DNA from: Octopus sinensis
Lineage: Eukaryota
Assembly: GCF_006345805.1 (NCBI RefSeq)
Contig: NC_043015.1
Span: 21,700,001-21,764,000, forward strand
Reading direction: 5' to 3'
DNA: 64,000 nt
The notes beneath the pieces were generated by a model, which was given only the letters and a program-made list of their open reading frames with translations, was not told the origin of the DNA and ran no database searches. Below are positions 1-10,357 of the stretch, one piece after another. A program made the position numbers and the translations under genes. How positions within the stretch are numbered: the first letter of the stretch is position 1; each line of letters begins with the position of its first letter.

Positions 1-139
1 GAAGAAGAGGAGATCGCCTTGGAAGTTGGACTTTAGCTGAACTTACCACTATACTTACTGGAGAACTTACAGCAACCGAGTCTTCACAAAGAATGGAAGA
101 AATTATGACGAAAATGATAACAGTTATGCACATGAAATC

Positions 140-144
<5 letters not shown>

Positions 145-188
<44 letters not shown>

Positions 189-333
189 GTTGTTGTTGTT
201 GTTGTTGTTGTTGCTGCTGCTGTTGTTGTTGTTACTGTTGTTGTTGTTGTTGCTGTTGTTGTTGTTACTGTTGTTGTTGTTGCTGTTGTTGTTGTTGCTG
301 TCGTTGTTGTTGTTGTTGTTGTTGTTGTTGCTG

Positions 334-398
<65 letters not shown>
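145..398. repeat. Compound (ATT)n/(GTT)n microsatellite
   Basis: Direct reading. Confidence 0.97.
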
Positions 399-401
<3 letters not shown>

Positions 402-1176
402 TAGTTTTATTTTTTATAGCGTGCTTTCACTGCACTACCGAGCGCAGCTCTGTGTGCCTTGGGTATGTGCTGGGATTTGTTGTGATGCTCTGATGGTTAT
501 TGTATGGAAAGTGTTCTGCGTAGGATGTGTGCAGTGCTAGTAGTGCAATTGTCTGTATGTTATATGTGTTTGTAAGTCCTGGTGTTTTTGTTATGTATTT
601 TTCTGAATATTTTTTTATCATACCTAATGTACCTACTATGATAGAAATTGTTTCTGTTTTTAGATTCCTTATTCTGGTTACCTCTATTTCCAGGTCTTTG
701 TATTTTAAAAGCTTCTCCATTTCTTTTAGAGAAACGTTGTCATCTGCCGGTATTGATACATCAATTAGAAAGCATTTTTTTTCTTCATGATCCCTGACAA
801 CTATATCTGGTCTGTTGGCCTTAATTTCTCGATCTGTGTGTATCGGCATATCCCAGAGTATGGTTGCTTTCTCGTTTTTCTGTGACCTTTTCTGGTGTGT
901 GCCTATACCATCTTTTTTCTGTTGTTATTCCATATTGTTGACTTAGCTTCCAGTGTATGTAGGTTCCAACTCTGTCATGTCTGTGAATATATTCCTTCTT
1001 AGCCAGGACTGGGCAGCCAGAGATAATAGGATTTATTGTTTCTTGTCCATCTCCACATATTCTGCAGTTACTTGTTATATTTCTTTTCATTACATGTTTT
1101 TGGTAATTTCTGGTGGGGAGGCTTTGGTCTTCTGTGGCAATTAAAAATCCCTCTGTCTCTGTTTTGAGTCCTGAGC
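399..1176 (-). mobile_element. 5'-truncated R4/Dong-like non-LTR retrotransposon (family A), C-terminal CCHC and RLE region plus 3' UTR
   Basis: ORFs 821..1090 and 427..849 give CRICGDGQETINPIISGC, RHDRVG and RPDIVV..LIDVSIP..K..KY (restriction-like endonuclease), with frameshifts. The 3' end abuts an (ATT)n tract and the 5' end abuts (CTT)n/(ATT)n. Confidence 0.9.
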
Positions 1177-1202
1177 TTCTTCTTCTTCTTCTTCTTCTTC
1201 TT

Positions 1203-1233
<31 letters not shown>

Positions 1234-1279
1234 TTATTATTAATTATTATTATTATTTATTATTATTATTATATTATTA

Positions 1280-1351
<72 letters not shown>

Positions 1352-1431
1352 CATTTTATTATTATTATTATCATCATCATCATCATCATCATCGTCATCA
1401 TCATTAATTTTATTATTATTATTTTTTAATT

Positions 1432-2364
1432 TTTACATATTATAACTGAAAATATCTGTGTATGTGTGTGTGTATGTGTGTGTATGGGTATGTTCTCACT
1501 TTGCACCAAAACCGCTTGACCGATTTTTCTTAAACTTCACACGCATATTCTTTATGTGTCGTGGGAGGTTTTAAATATATATTGATTTCGAAAAAATGTT
1601 TCCGTAATCGGCGGGAGGAATAACATTTGGGCTCGGTTGAATGGTGGGTGTAATTATTTTTAAGCTTACAAGGGAAATAACCCATTCCCTCCTTCGTAAA
1701 TTATTTTAAAACTTCCAAGGGAAATTACCCATTCCCTCCTTCGTAACTGTTTTGGTAAAAATGAAATTGAGCATAATTATTTCTTAGTAATTCAACTATT
1801 TTAGTTATTTTCTCAATATATCCAGTACAAGGCTAAAACAAGTTAATAGTATTCTCCTCAAAAATACATCCAATTATTTCGGTTAGCAACTTTTTCACGA
1901 ATATGCCAACACTAGCGCCGGTGAGGGTAATATTTTCTGGGAAAGCAAAAAAGCTTTTTCACAGTTAATTACCTTGAAATATTATTGTCTCATACATGTT
2001 ATCACTAAATAACATGTTTCACAATTTTAGTAAACATACCGTATTAGTATTTCCTCCTATGTTCTGTATACTCTGGGAACATATTAAAGCCTCTTTCGGG
2101 GTTACTTTATTTGAATTCATACTATAGGGTAATTAATTTCATGTTATTACATAACTGACTTCACAATTTGGGTATTCATAACTTATTGGGAATTCCTAAA
2201 TACAAGATACTTTGTAAGCCAGTTCGGTGTTCTCAATAAATGCACAAAAACCGTTTTAAGGGCTACATACATTGTACAGTTGTTGCTGGATTAGTGAAAC
2301 AATTATAAGAATGGAACGAAGGGATAAGCTCGCTTTCAAGAGGATTACCGGGCATATCACCTGG
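1432..2364 (+). mobile_element. Probable non-autonomous Helitron-like element
   Basis: The 5' part (TATAACTGAAAAT, a TGTGTA microsatellite, then AAAACCGCTTGACCGATTTT..AAACTTCACAC) resembles non-autonomous Helitron heads. It ends in a degenerate CCGGG-N8-CTGG|T. A tandem duplication of about 48 bp lies inside at 1651-1746. Confidence 0.5.
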
Positions 2365-2399
2365 TATATATATATGTGTTGTATATATGTGTATATTTG

Positions 2400-2616
2400 T
2401 GCATGTGTGTGGTGCTTCTTGTGTTTGTACTCCCACCATTGCTAGACAACTGATGTTGCTGTGTTTACATTCCTGTACTTAGCGGTTTGGTAAAATACTC
2501 TGACAGACTGAGTACTAGGCTTACAAAGAATAAATTCTGTAGTTGATAACTTCGATCAACGGCGGTGTTCCAGCATGGCCGCAGTCACATAACTGAAACA
2601 AGAAAAGCAATAAAAA
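2400..2616 (+). mobile_element. SINE family A, 3' half
   Basis: Matches the other copies: GACAAC.GATG.TG.TGTGTTTAC...GGCGGTG.TCCAGCATGGCCGCAGTCA..T.ACTGAAACAAG. Confidence 0.85.
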
Positions 2617-2632
2617 TTTATGCAATTTCAAT

Positions 2633-2660
2633 CCCGAGCTAAGCCGGGTAAGTCTGCTAG
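2633..2660 (+). mobile_element. Helitron 3' terminus (hairpin plus CTAG|T)
   Basis: CCCGAGC-TAA-GCCGGG-N8-CTAG followed by T. Same architecture as the terminus at 62227. Confidence 0.7.
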
Positions 2661-2681
2661 TTATTATTATTATTATTATTA

Positions 2682-2736
<55 letters not shown>

Positions 2737-2767
2737 GTTATTATTATTACTAAAAATAATAATAATA

Positions 2768-2811
<44 letters not shown>

Positions 2812-2819
2812 TAATAATA

Positions 2820-2871
<52 letters not shown>

Positions 2872-2873
<2 letters not shown>

Positions 2874-5800
2874 GCAATATCGGATAAAAGCTGCAGCTAG
2901 AGAAGATAATACAGAGGAAATAATTATAGACCAGCCCAGGGCTGACAAAAACGAAGAGCGGATTGAAAGAGTTAGTATAAGTGATAGGCAAAGTGAAATA
3001 CTCCCTGAACCAATCATAAACACTAAGACAGATGAGCATCAAATAGATAAAGAAAGTCACACAAATATTGAGCTAAAAAATGAAATCATGATTGAATGGC
3101 TGAAAATTAAAGAAACCAGCATGGATGAACGTGATACACTTCCTAAAATCCGCAGCTCTAACCAAAACATGAAAATAATCGGTAAAATCCGGCTTGCACT
3201 TAAGGATATAATTTCAGCTAATGATGTTGATATCACAAACCTCAACCACCTATACTATGCATCCGCGAAAATCTCAACGATCCTATGTGGTGTAAAGATT
3301 AGAAAACGGCAACATTCCCACAAAAAGCCTTCTTGGCAAGAGCGTCTGCAACAACAAATTAAAATATTTAGATCTGACATTGAACTTTTGAAAAACCTTA
3401 GGGCTCACAAGACTACCAAACCTACAAAAACCCAAAAATTACTGAAAAAATACAATATGAAAACTATACTTGATATTGATGCCACCATAGAAACCATCAA
3501 ACAAAAGGTATCTGCCAAAGCTGCCCGCATAGCGAGGTATGAAAAGCGTTTTAGATTTTTCAAGGACAACAACATGTTCAAAAATAACACTAAGAATTTT
3601 TACAGGAAGATAGGAAAAACAGCGTTTACTGCAAGGTCTGTACCATCAAAAGCAGAAGTGCAGGGATTTTGGAATAAAATCTGGGCAGAAGAAAAAACAC
3701 ACAACGAAAAGGCCCCCTGGATTGACAGAATATCTACAGAACTGGACCCCTTAGAAGAGCAAAAGTGGGAGGGTGTCAAGGTAGAAGATATAAGATCTGC
3801 TCTCAGGAGGTCAAGCAAATGGAAATCTCCAGGAAAGGATAAAATTCCTAACTTCTGGCTGAATGCCTTCCCAGAGAGCCATGAACTGCTAACAGAACTG
3901 TACAATGATGTTTTGCAACAACCTAGTAGGATGCCTCCTTGGCTAGTTAATGGGTTAACGTTCCTGCTTCCAAAAAGTGAAGAAACAAATGAACCAAAAA
4001 ACTATAGACCCATAACCTGCTTAACAACTATGTACAAAACACTAACATCTGTCCTGACGGAATATACCTATAGTTTTTTAACAGACAGCAGCATATTCCC
4101 TAATGAACAGAAAGGATGTAAACGTGGATCCTACGGCTGTAAAGACCAACTACTCATCAATAAGATGATCTTAGAAGATTGTCACAAACGACACAAAAAC
4201 TTATCAATAGCCTGGATAGACTATAAAAAGGCTTTTGATAGCCTACCACATAGCTGGATTAGGAAATGCCTGGAAATGTATAAGATAGCACCTACTCTGC
4301 GAAACTTCTTGACTGTAAGTATGAGATCTTGGAGAACCACATTAACTCTGAACAGTGACAATGAATCCCTAAATGCTGGTGATGTAAAAATTTCGTGTGG
4401 CATTTTCCAGGGTGACTCACTGTCACCACTCCTCTTTTGTTTATCCTTAATACCACTCTCAAAGTTGCTCAATGGCGCGCAGTACGGGTATAAAATGTCT
4501 GATAAAAATATAAATCGTCTCGTTTACATGGATGATTTAAAGCTTTTTGCAAAAAATGACCAACAACTCAAGGGCTTACTAGCGATAGTCAAACAATTCA
4601 GTGACGACATCAGAATGCAATTCGGCCTCGATAAATGTGCAAAGGCTACCTTTATCAAAGGAAAAATGACAGAAACATCTAACGTTAACTTTGACCAACA
4701 GAATGTCATAAAAGAACTAGACCCAGCGGAGAGCGACAAGTACCTAGGGGTAATTGAAGGGAACGGAATAAGGCATTCAGAGATGAAGGAAAGGATCAGG
4801 AGAGAATGCTATCGAAGAGTGAGAGCAATACTCAAGACAGAGCTGAATGCGAGAAACAGGATCGAAGCGATCAATGCATTAGCTATACCAGTCGTGACTT
4901 ACAGTTTCAATATTGTTAACTGGTCAATTACTGAAATATGTCAGCTCGACAGAAAAATACGAAAACTGTTGACAATGCATAGAATGCACCACCCTAAGGC
5001 AGATACAGAACGACTCTATCTGCCAAGAAAAGAGGGAGGCCGTGGTCTTTTGCAACTGGCAATAACAATGAAGATTGCAACAATTGGCCTAGACACCTAC
5101 CTGAAAAACTCTGAGGACTGGATGTTAAAACTTGTCTCAAAACATGAAAACAAGAAAGCATCATACTCAGTCACAAAACAGGCAAGGGAATATCTAAGTG
5201 AATTCCGAATACAACCAATTTCGGAATTAGAGATAGACATACAAGAAACAAACACAGAAAAAGCTAGGCGCATGAAAACCCGTGCCAAAACTGCGGCCTT
5301 AGATATTCTGAATAATAAATGGCAAGAAAAACCTCTCTACGGCAAATACCCAAAGAGAGCGAATAATGCAGATATCGACAAAGCCCTGACCCATCAATGG
5401 CTAATGGCCTTTGGCTTAAAATCTGAAACAGAGGGGTTTATCATAGCAGCTCAAGATCAATGCCTACCAACAAGACACTACCAGGCCAACATATTAAAGA
5501 ACGGCAGTAGCCCAACATGTCGTGTATGCCGACAAGAAAATGAAACCATTGACCATGTTGTCTCCAAATGCAGTCTTCTAGCGCCTACAGAGTACCTCAG
5601 TAGGCATGATAGAGCTGCACAATATATTCACTGGGGAATTTGCAAAAACCTGGATTTGCACCATGAAAAAAACTGGTGGGAACACAATCCACCTCCTGTG
5701 CTTGAAAATGACCACATCTCACTCCTCTGGAACTTCACCATTCAAACTGACAGGAAAATAGATGCAAATAGGCCAGACATTATATTGAAAGACTTCAGAC

Positions 5801-6274
5801 AAAGAACATGCCTTCTCATTGATATGACTGTCCCAATCGATATAAACGTATCTGTGAAGACCTACCAAAAACTGAGCAAATATAAAGACCTTGAAATAGA
5901 AATCAGCAAAATGTGGAAGCTGAAAACTAAAACAATACCTGTTGTCATAGGTGCCCTGGGAATGATAGCGAAAGGGACTGATTGCTACCTAACTCAGATA
6001 CCAGGAAACCCCAAAATGGCAGAAATTCAAAAGATAATGCTCATGGGAACTGCTCATATCCTACGCAAAATACTCTCTATGTAATCCCAAGGTTTAAAAC
6101 AAACTTTTTTTTTATTTATTTATTATTTTTTTTATGTATTAGACATTCACTAGTACAACACCAAAAAAAAAAAACCAAATATATGGCACAGAACTTCCAA
6201 CCTGTTGTCTCTTGAGGTCTCTGGGTGAGACTTGGCGCCAACTTGTACAGACATAAAGCAAAAGTCAAACATAG
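2872..6274 (+). mobile_element. R4/Dong-like non-LTR retrotransposon (family B), probably 5'-truncated, in an (AAT)n target
   Basis: (AAT)n lies directly upstream (2756-2871) and (AAT)4 directly downstream (6275-6286). It contains the long ORF and a 3' UTR of about 190 nt. Confidence 0.93.
3088..6084 (+). CDS. Retrotransposon polyprotein: reverse transcriptase, CCHC zinc knuckle and restriction-like (PD-(D/E)xK) endonuclease, 998 aa
   Basis: RT motifs WKSPGKDKI, NYRPITCL, IDYKKAFDSL, GIFQGDSLSP, YMDD (4525-4536), FGLDKC and KYLG. CRVC-x8-H-x4-C at 5518-5571, then RHD and RPDIIL..LIDMTVP..K..KY. The frame stays open upstream to 2821 without an ATG. Confidence 0.95.
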   Translation: MIEWLKIKETSMDERDTLPKIRSSNQNMKIIGKIRLALKDIISANDVDITNLNHLYYASAKISTILCGVKIRKRQHSHKKPSWQERLQQQIKIFRSDIELLKNLRAHKTTKPTKTQKLLKKYNMKTILDIDATIETIKQKVSAKAARIARYEKRFRFFKDNNMFKNNTKNFYRKIGKTAFTARSVPSKAEVQGFWNKIWAEEKTHNEKAPWIDRISTELDPLEEQKWEGVKVEDIRSALRRSSKWKSPGKDKIPNFWLNAFPESHELLTELYNDVLQQPSRMPPWLVNGLTFLLPKSEETNEPKNYRPITCLTTMYKTLTSVLTEYTYSFLTDSSIFPNEQKGCKRGSYGCKDQLLINKMILEDCHKRHKNLSIAWIDYKKAFDSLPHSWIRKCLEMYKIAPTLRNFLTVSMRSWRTTLTLNSDNESLNAGDVKISCGIFQGDSLSPLLFCLSLIPLSKLLNGAQYGYKMSDKNINRLVYMDDLKLFAKNDQQLKGLLAIVKQFSDDIRMQFGLDKCAKATFIKGKMTETSNVNFDQQNVIKELDPAESDKYLGVIEGNGIRHSEMKERIRRECYRRVRAILKTELNARNRIEAINALAIPVVTYSFNIVNWSITEICQLDRKIRKLLTMHRMHHPKADTERLYLPRKEGGRGLLQLAITMKIATIGLDTYLKNSEDWMLKLVSKHENKKASYSVTKQAREYLSEFRIQPISELEIDIQETNTEKARRMKTRAKTAALDILNNKWQEKPLYGKYPKRANNADIDKALTHQWLMAFGLKSETEGFIIAAQDQCLPTRHYQANILKNGSSPTCRVCRQENETIDHVVSKCSLLAPTEYLSRHDRAAQYIHWGICKNLDLHHEKNWWEHNPPPVLENDHISLLWNFTIQTDRKIDANRPDIILKDFRQRTCLLIDMTVPIDINVSVKTYQKLSKYKDLEIEISKMWKLKTKTIPVVIGALGMIAKGTDCYLTQIPGNPKMAEIQKIMLMGTAHILRKILSM

Positions 6275-6414
6275 AATAATAATAATAGTAACAAATATAG
6301 TTGAAATTAGTGCAATATTTCATTAAACCGAGAATTTTAATATCCAGTGAATTGTAGTGTCTTTACTTGACGGGAAATGTACAAAGAGCAGCTGGTGTGC
6401 AAAGAGATGCAACA

Positions 6415-6880
6415 TTGATAATAATGATAGTGATGATGATGATGATGATGATCATGATCATGATGATGATGATGATGATGGTGATGATGAGGAGCAGGAG
6501 TTGGAGGAGAAGGAGTAAGTTAGTGACGACGGCGGTGATACGGATGACGATGATGGCGCCGTTGACAACGAGGTTGATCGTGAGGAGGTCGCTGATGCTG
6601 AGGTCAACGTTGATGCGGGAGATGATGACAATGATGGTGAAAATGGCGACAATGTGGTTGTGTAACTATTGGTGCAACTGCTATTGTAGGGAATGATAAC
6701 GAATTTCACCGCGTGACGATGATTTTGATAATGCTGATAATGGTGACGACGACAGTGGTGATGTTGATGACGACGACGGCGATGAATGTGGTGATGATGA
6801 TGATGAGTATCAGGATAATGTCGATGATGACAAAGAGGATGTCGATGTTGATGATGTCGGTGATGATGATAATTTAATGT
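6415..6880. repeat. Degenerate (GAT/GAC)n low-complexity tract
   Basis: Direct reading; no domain-like translation. Confidence 0.9.
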
Positions 6881-7187
6881 AATACATACAACGGTGAAAC
6901 AATTGCTGAGGGATGATATTTCATTCCCTAAGAAAAAAAACTAGACAGGTTGAACATAAGAAAGGATTTCCTTTCATGACCTTCTCTACGTTAACCGACG
7001 TTTTACTTTCTTGTGTGAGAAAGAAAATACTTAAGGAACATAAGTTGTGAAGACGATTTAAGCCCCAGCATGGTCGCATTTCACTGACTGAAACAAGTAA
7101 GAGGTAAAAGATAAAAGACTAAAATGGCTTTTTGCTATTTATTTTCATTTATCATTATTATTGTTATTATTATTATTATTATTATTA

Positions 7188-7256
<69 letters not shown>

Positions 7257-7263
7257 TACTACT

Positions 7264-8680
7264 CTATGTTTGACATTTGCTTTACATTTGTACAAGTTGA
7301 CTCCAAGTCTCACCCAGAGATCTCAAGAGACAGCAAGCTGGAAGTTCATGCTGGTGTTATGCTTAGGGTGCCCTATATTTGGTTTTCTACTTAGTGTTGT
7401 ACTAGTGAATGTCTAAAAAACCATACGAAAATTATGGTTGTTTTAAAAGTTGAGATTACATAGAAAGTATTTTGCCTAGGATATGAGCAATTCCCATGAG
7501 CACTATCTTTTGAATTTCTGACATTTTGGGGTTTCCTGGTATCTGAGTTAGGTAGCAATCAGCACCTTTTACTATCATTTGGCAACAGGTATTGTTTTTG
7601 TCTTCAGGTTACACATTTTGCTGATTTCTATTTCAAGATCTTTATATTTGCTCAGATTTTGGTAAGTCTTGACAGATACGTTTATATCGATTGGGACAGT
7701 CATTTCAATGAGGAGGCACGTTTTTTGTATGAAGTCTTTCAGTATGATGTCTGGCCTATTCACATCTATCTTTATGTCAGTTTGAATGGTGAAGTTCCAG
7801 AGGAGTGAGATGTGATCATCTTGAAGCACTGGAGGTGGTTTGTGTTCCCACCAGTTTTTATCATGGGTCAAGTTCAGGCTTTTGCAAATTACCCAGTGCA
7901 TATATTGTGTATCATACCCGTTGAGATACTCTGTAGGCGCAAGAAGACTGCACTTGGAGACAACATGATCAATGGTTTCATTTTGTTGTTGACATACACG
8001 ACATGTTGGGCTACTGCCGTTCTTTAATATGTTGGCCTGGTAGTTCTTTGTAGGTAGGCATTGATTTCAGCTGCAATGATAAACCCTTCTGTTTCAGATT
8101 TTAAGCCAGAGGCCATTAGCTATTGATGGGTCAGGGCTTTGTCAACATCTGCATTATTCGCTCTCTTTGGGTATTTGACATCGAGAGTTGTTATTCTTGC
8201 CATCTATCAATCAGAATATCTTAGGCAGCAGTTTTAGCACTGGTTTTCATGCACTTAGCTTTTTCTGTGCTTGTTTCTTGTCTGTCTAATTCCGGAATTT
8301 GTTGAATTCGGAATTCACTTAGATATTCCTTAGCCTGTTTTGTTACTGAGTATGATGCTAGCATGGCTAAAGCATTGATCGCTTCGATCCTGTTTCTTGC
8401 ATTCAGCTGTCTTGAGTATTGCTCTTATTCTGCGATAACATTCTCTCCTGATCCTTTCCTTCATCACTGAATGCCTTATACCGTCCCCTTCAATTACCCT
8501 AGGTACTTGTAGCTCTCCGCTGGGTCTAACACTTTTATGACATTCTGCCTGTCTAGGTTACCGTTAGATGTTTCTCTCATTTTTCCTTTGATAAAGATAG
8601 CTTTTGCACATTTTTTCGAGGCCAAATTGCATTCTGATGTCATCACTGACTTGTTTAACTATCGCTAGTAAGCCCTTGAG
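7264..8680 (-). mobile_element. Second, decayed copy of R4/Dong-like family B, inverted relative to 2872-6274
   Basis: The reverse complement aligns by eye to about 4567-6274, including the same 3' end (AAACATAG|). An internal deletion removes roughly 4890-5156. Both flanks are (ATT)n. Confidence 0.92.
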
Positions 8681-8690
8681 TTGTTGTTCA

Positions 8691-8730
<40 letters not shown>

Positions 8731-8777
8731 GATTATTATTATCATCATTATTATTGTTATTATTATTATTATTATTA

Positions 8778-8823
<46 letters not shown>

Positions 8824-8824
<1 letters not shown>

Positions 8825-10160
8825 CTTTTTTTTTTCTTCTTTCAAATTTTCTTCCATTTCTTGCCGAGTGTCTTCCCGACTCCTAGGACAAAGAAACTCA
8901 TAGTGTATATTGGTAGGCCATTAAACCAAACTCAGTAGTTCGTTCATTTAAAAAAAAATTTTTTTTTTTAAGTTAAATAAAATACATGAGCAGCAACAGT
9001 TCTCACATCGACAATGCTCTTCTCAATACGTGTGATGTACCAGTTAAGACAATCTTTTGCACTTCTTGCAGGGATGGTAAGCCAGGGATCATTCTCACAT
9101 AATTTTCGGTTCCCTTCTTGATCATTCCTAGTGCTCCTACGATCACTGGTATTGTAACCGCCTTGAGATGCCACATTTTCTCAATTTCAATGAGTAGGTC
9201 TTTATATTTTCTGAGCTTGTCAAACTCTTTCGCTGAGATATTATGATCACAGGGGATGCTCATGTCGATCAATAAGCAAACTTTATTGTTTTGGTCTTTC
9301 ACAACAATATCTGGTTTATTGGCCTTGATGGTTCGGTCTGTATGTACTGGAAAGTCCCACAGAATGGTTACATTTTCTCCTTCAGTTACAGCCTCAGGGT
9401 GGTGATTATACCACTTGTCGGCAGTTTTGATATTGTAATGCCGACTTATTAGCCAGTGGAGATATTGGCCAACTCTGTCATGTCTTAATTTATACTCCAC
9501 TGGTGCTAAGACTTTACATCCAGAGATTAGGTGGTCCACTGTTTCAATCATGTCGTTGCAGAATCGGCATTTTGGATCTGCTCCATTTTTCATCACATTG
9601 GCCTGGTAGTTCCGGGTTAATAGGCTTTGGTCTTGAGCAGCCAGGATGAAACCTTCGCTCTCTGCTTTTAGCCCTGAGCTCCGCAGCCACTGATGGGTTT
9701 GCTTCTGGTCAACATCAGCTTGTTTGCTGCGGGTCACATATTTGCCGTGCAGAGGTTTCTCCTCCCACCTATCAGCCAATTGCTCGTGCGCTTTTTTCAT
9801 TGCCATCATTTTCACCTTCTTTGCAACAATAGTTGCCGTACTTCCCTCGGGTTGTTCAGTTTGGGTATCCTGCACGAGATCAATAGCAAATTTTTTGCTT
9901 TCCTTGATGATAGAATGAAGCTTCTTTCGTCTCTCGTGATTTTCCACGAGCTTTAGCATCCAGTCATTCGATATTTCGAGATATTTGCCAGTCCAATTGT
10001 GGTTGTTTTGTAAGCTAGTTCAAATTGGATCAGGCCTCGACTTCCTTGGGCTCTGGGAAGGTAAAGGCGATCTACGTCTGCCTTTGGGTGGTGCATCCTA
10101 TTACAACTCAGCAGCTTGCGTATTTTTCTATCTATATTCTTTAATTCACTCATATTCCAG

Positions 10161-10162
<2 letters not shown>
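8824..10162 (-). mobile_element. 5'-truncated R4/Dong-like element (family C)
   Basis: ORF 9003..9959 has CRFC-x8-H-x4-C, RHD and KPDIVV..LIDMSIP..K..KY. The frameshifted upstream part is NWNMSELKNIDRKIRKLL..RMHHPKADVDRLYLPR. Both flanks are (ATT)n. Confidence 0.92.
9003..9959 (-). pseudogene. C-terminal CCHC and RLE portion of the family C polyprotein (318 aa open)
   Basis: Homologous by eye to the last ~310 aa of ORF 3088..6084; the RT domain is absent. Confidence 0.88.
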
Positions 10163-10243
<81 letters not shown>

Positions 10244-10286
10244 CACTATTATTATTATTATCATTATTATTATTATCTTATTATTA

Positions 10287-10330
<44 letters not shown>

Positions 10331-10357
10331 CATTATTATTATTATTATGATGATGAT

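Noticed and set aside
1651-1746. Short tandem repeats (here, and at 51911-52175) as a CRISPR-like array
   Set aside because: The units are contiguous with no unique spacers, and the context is eukaryotic.
6367-6880. Asp/Met-rich ORFs in the (GAT)n tract as an acidic host exon
   Set aside because: Degenerate trinucleotide repeat with no recognisable protein and no supported splice structure.
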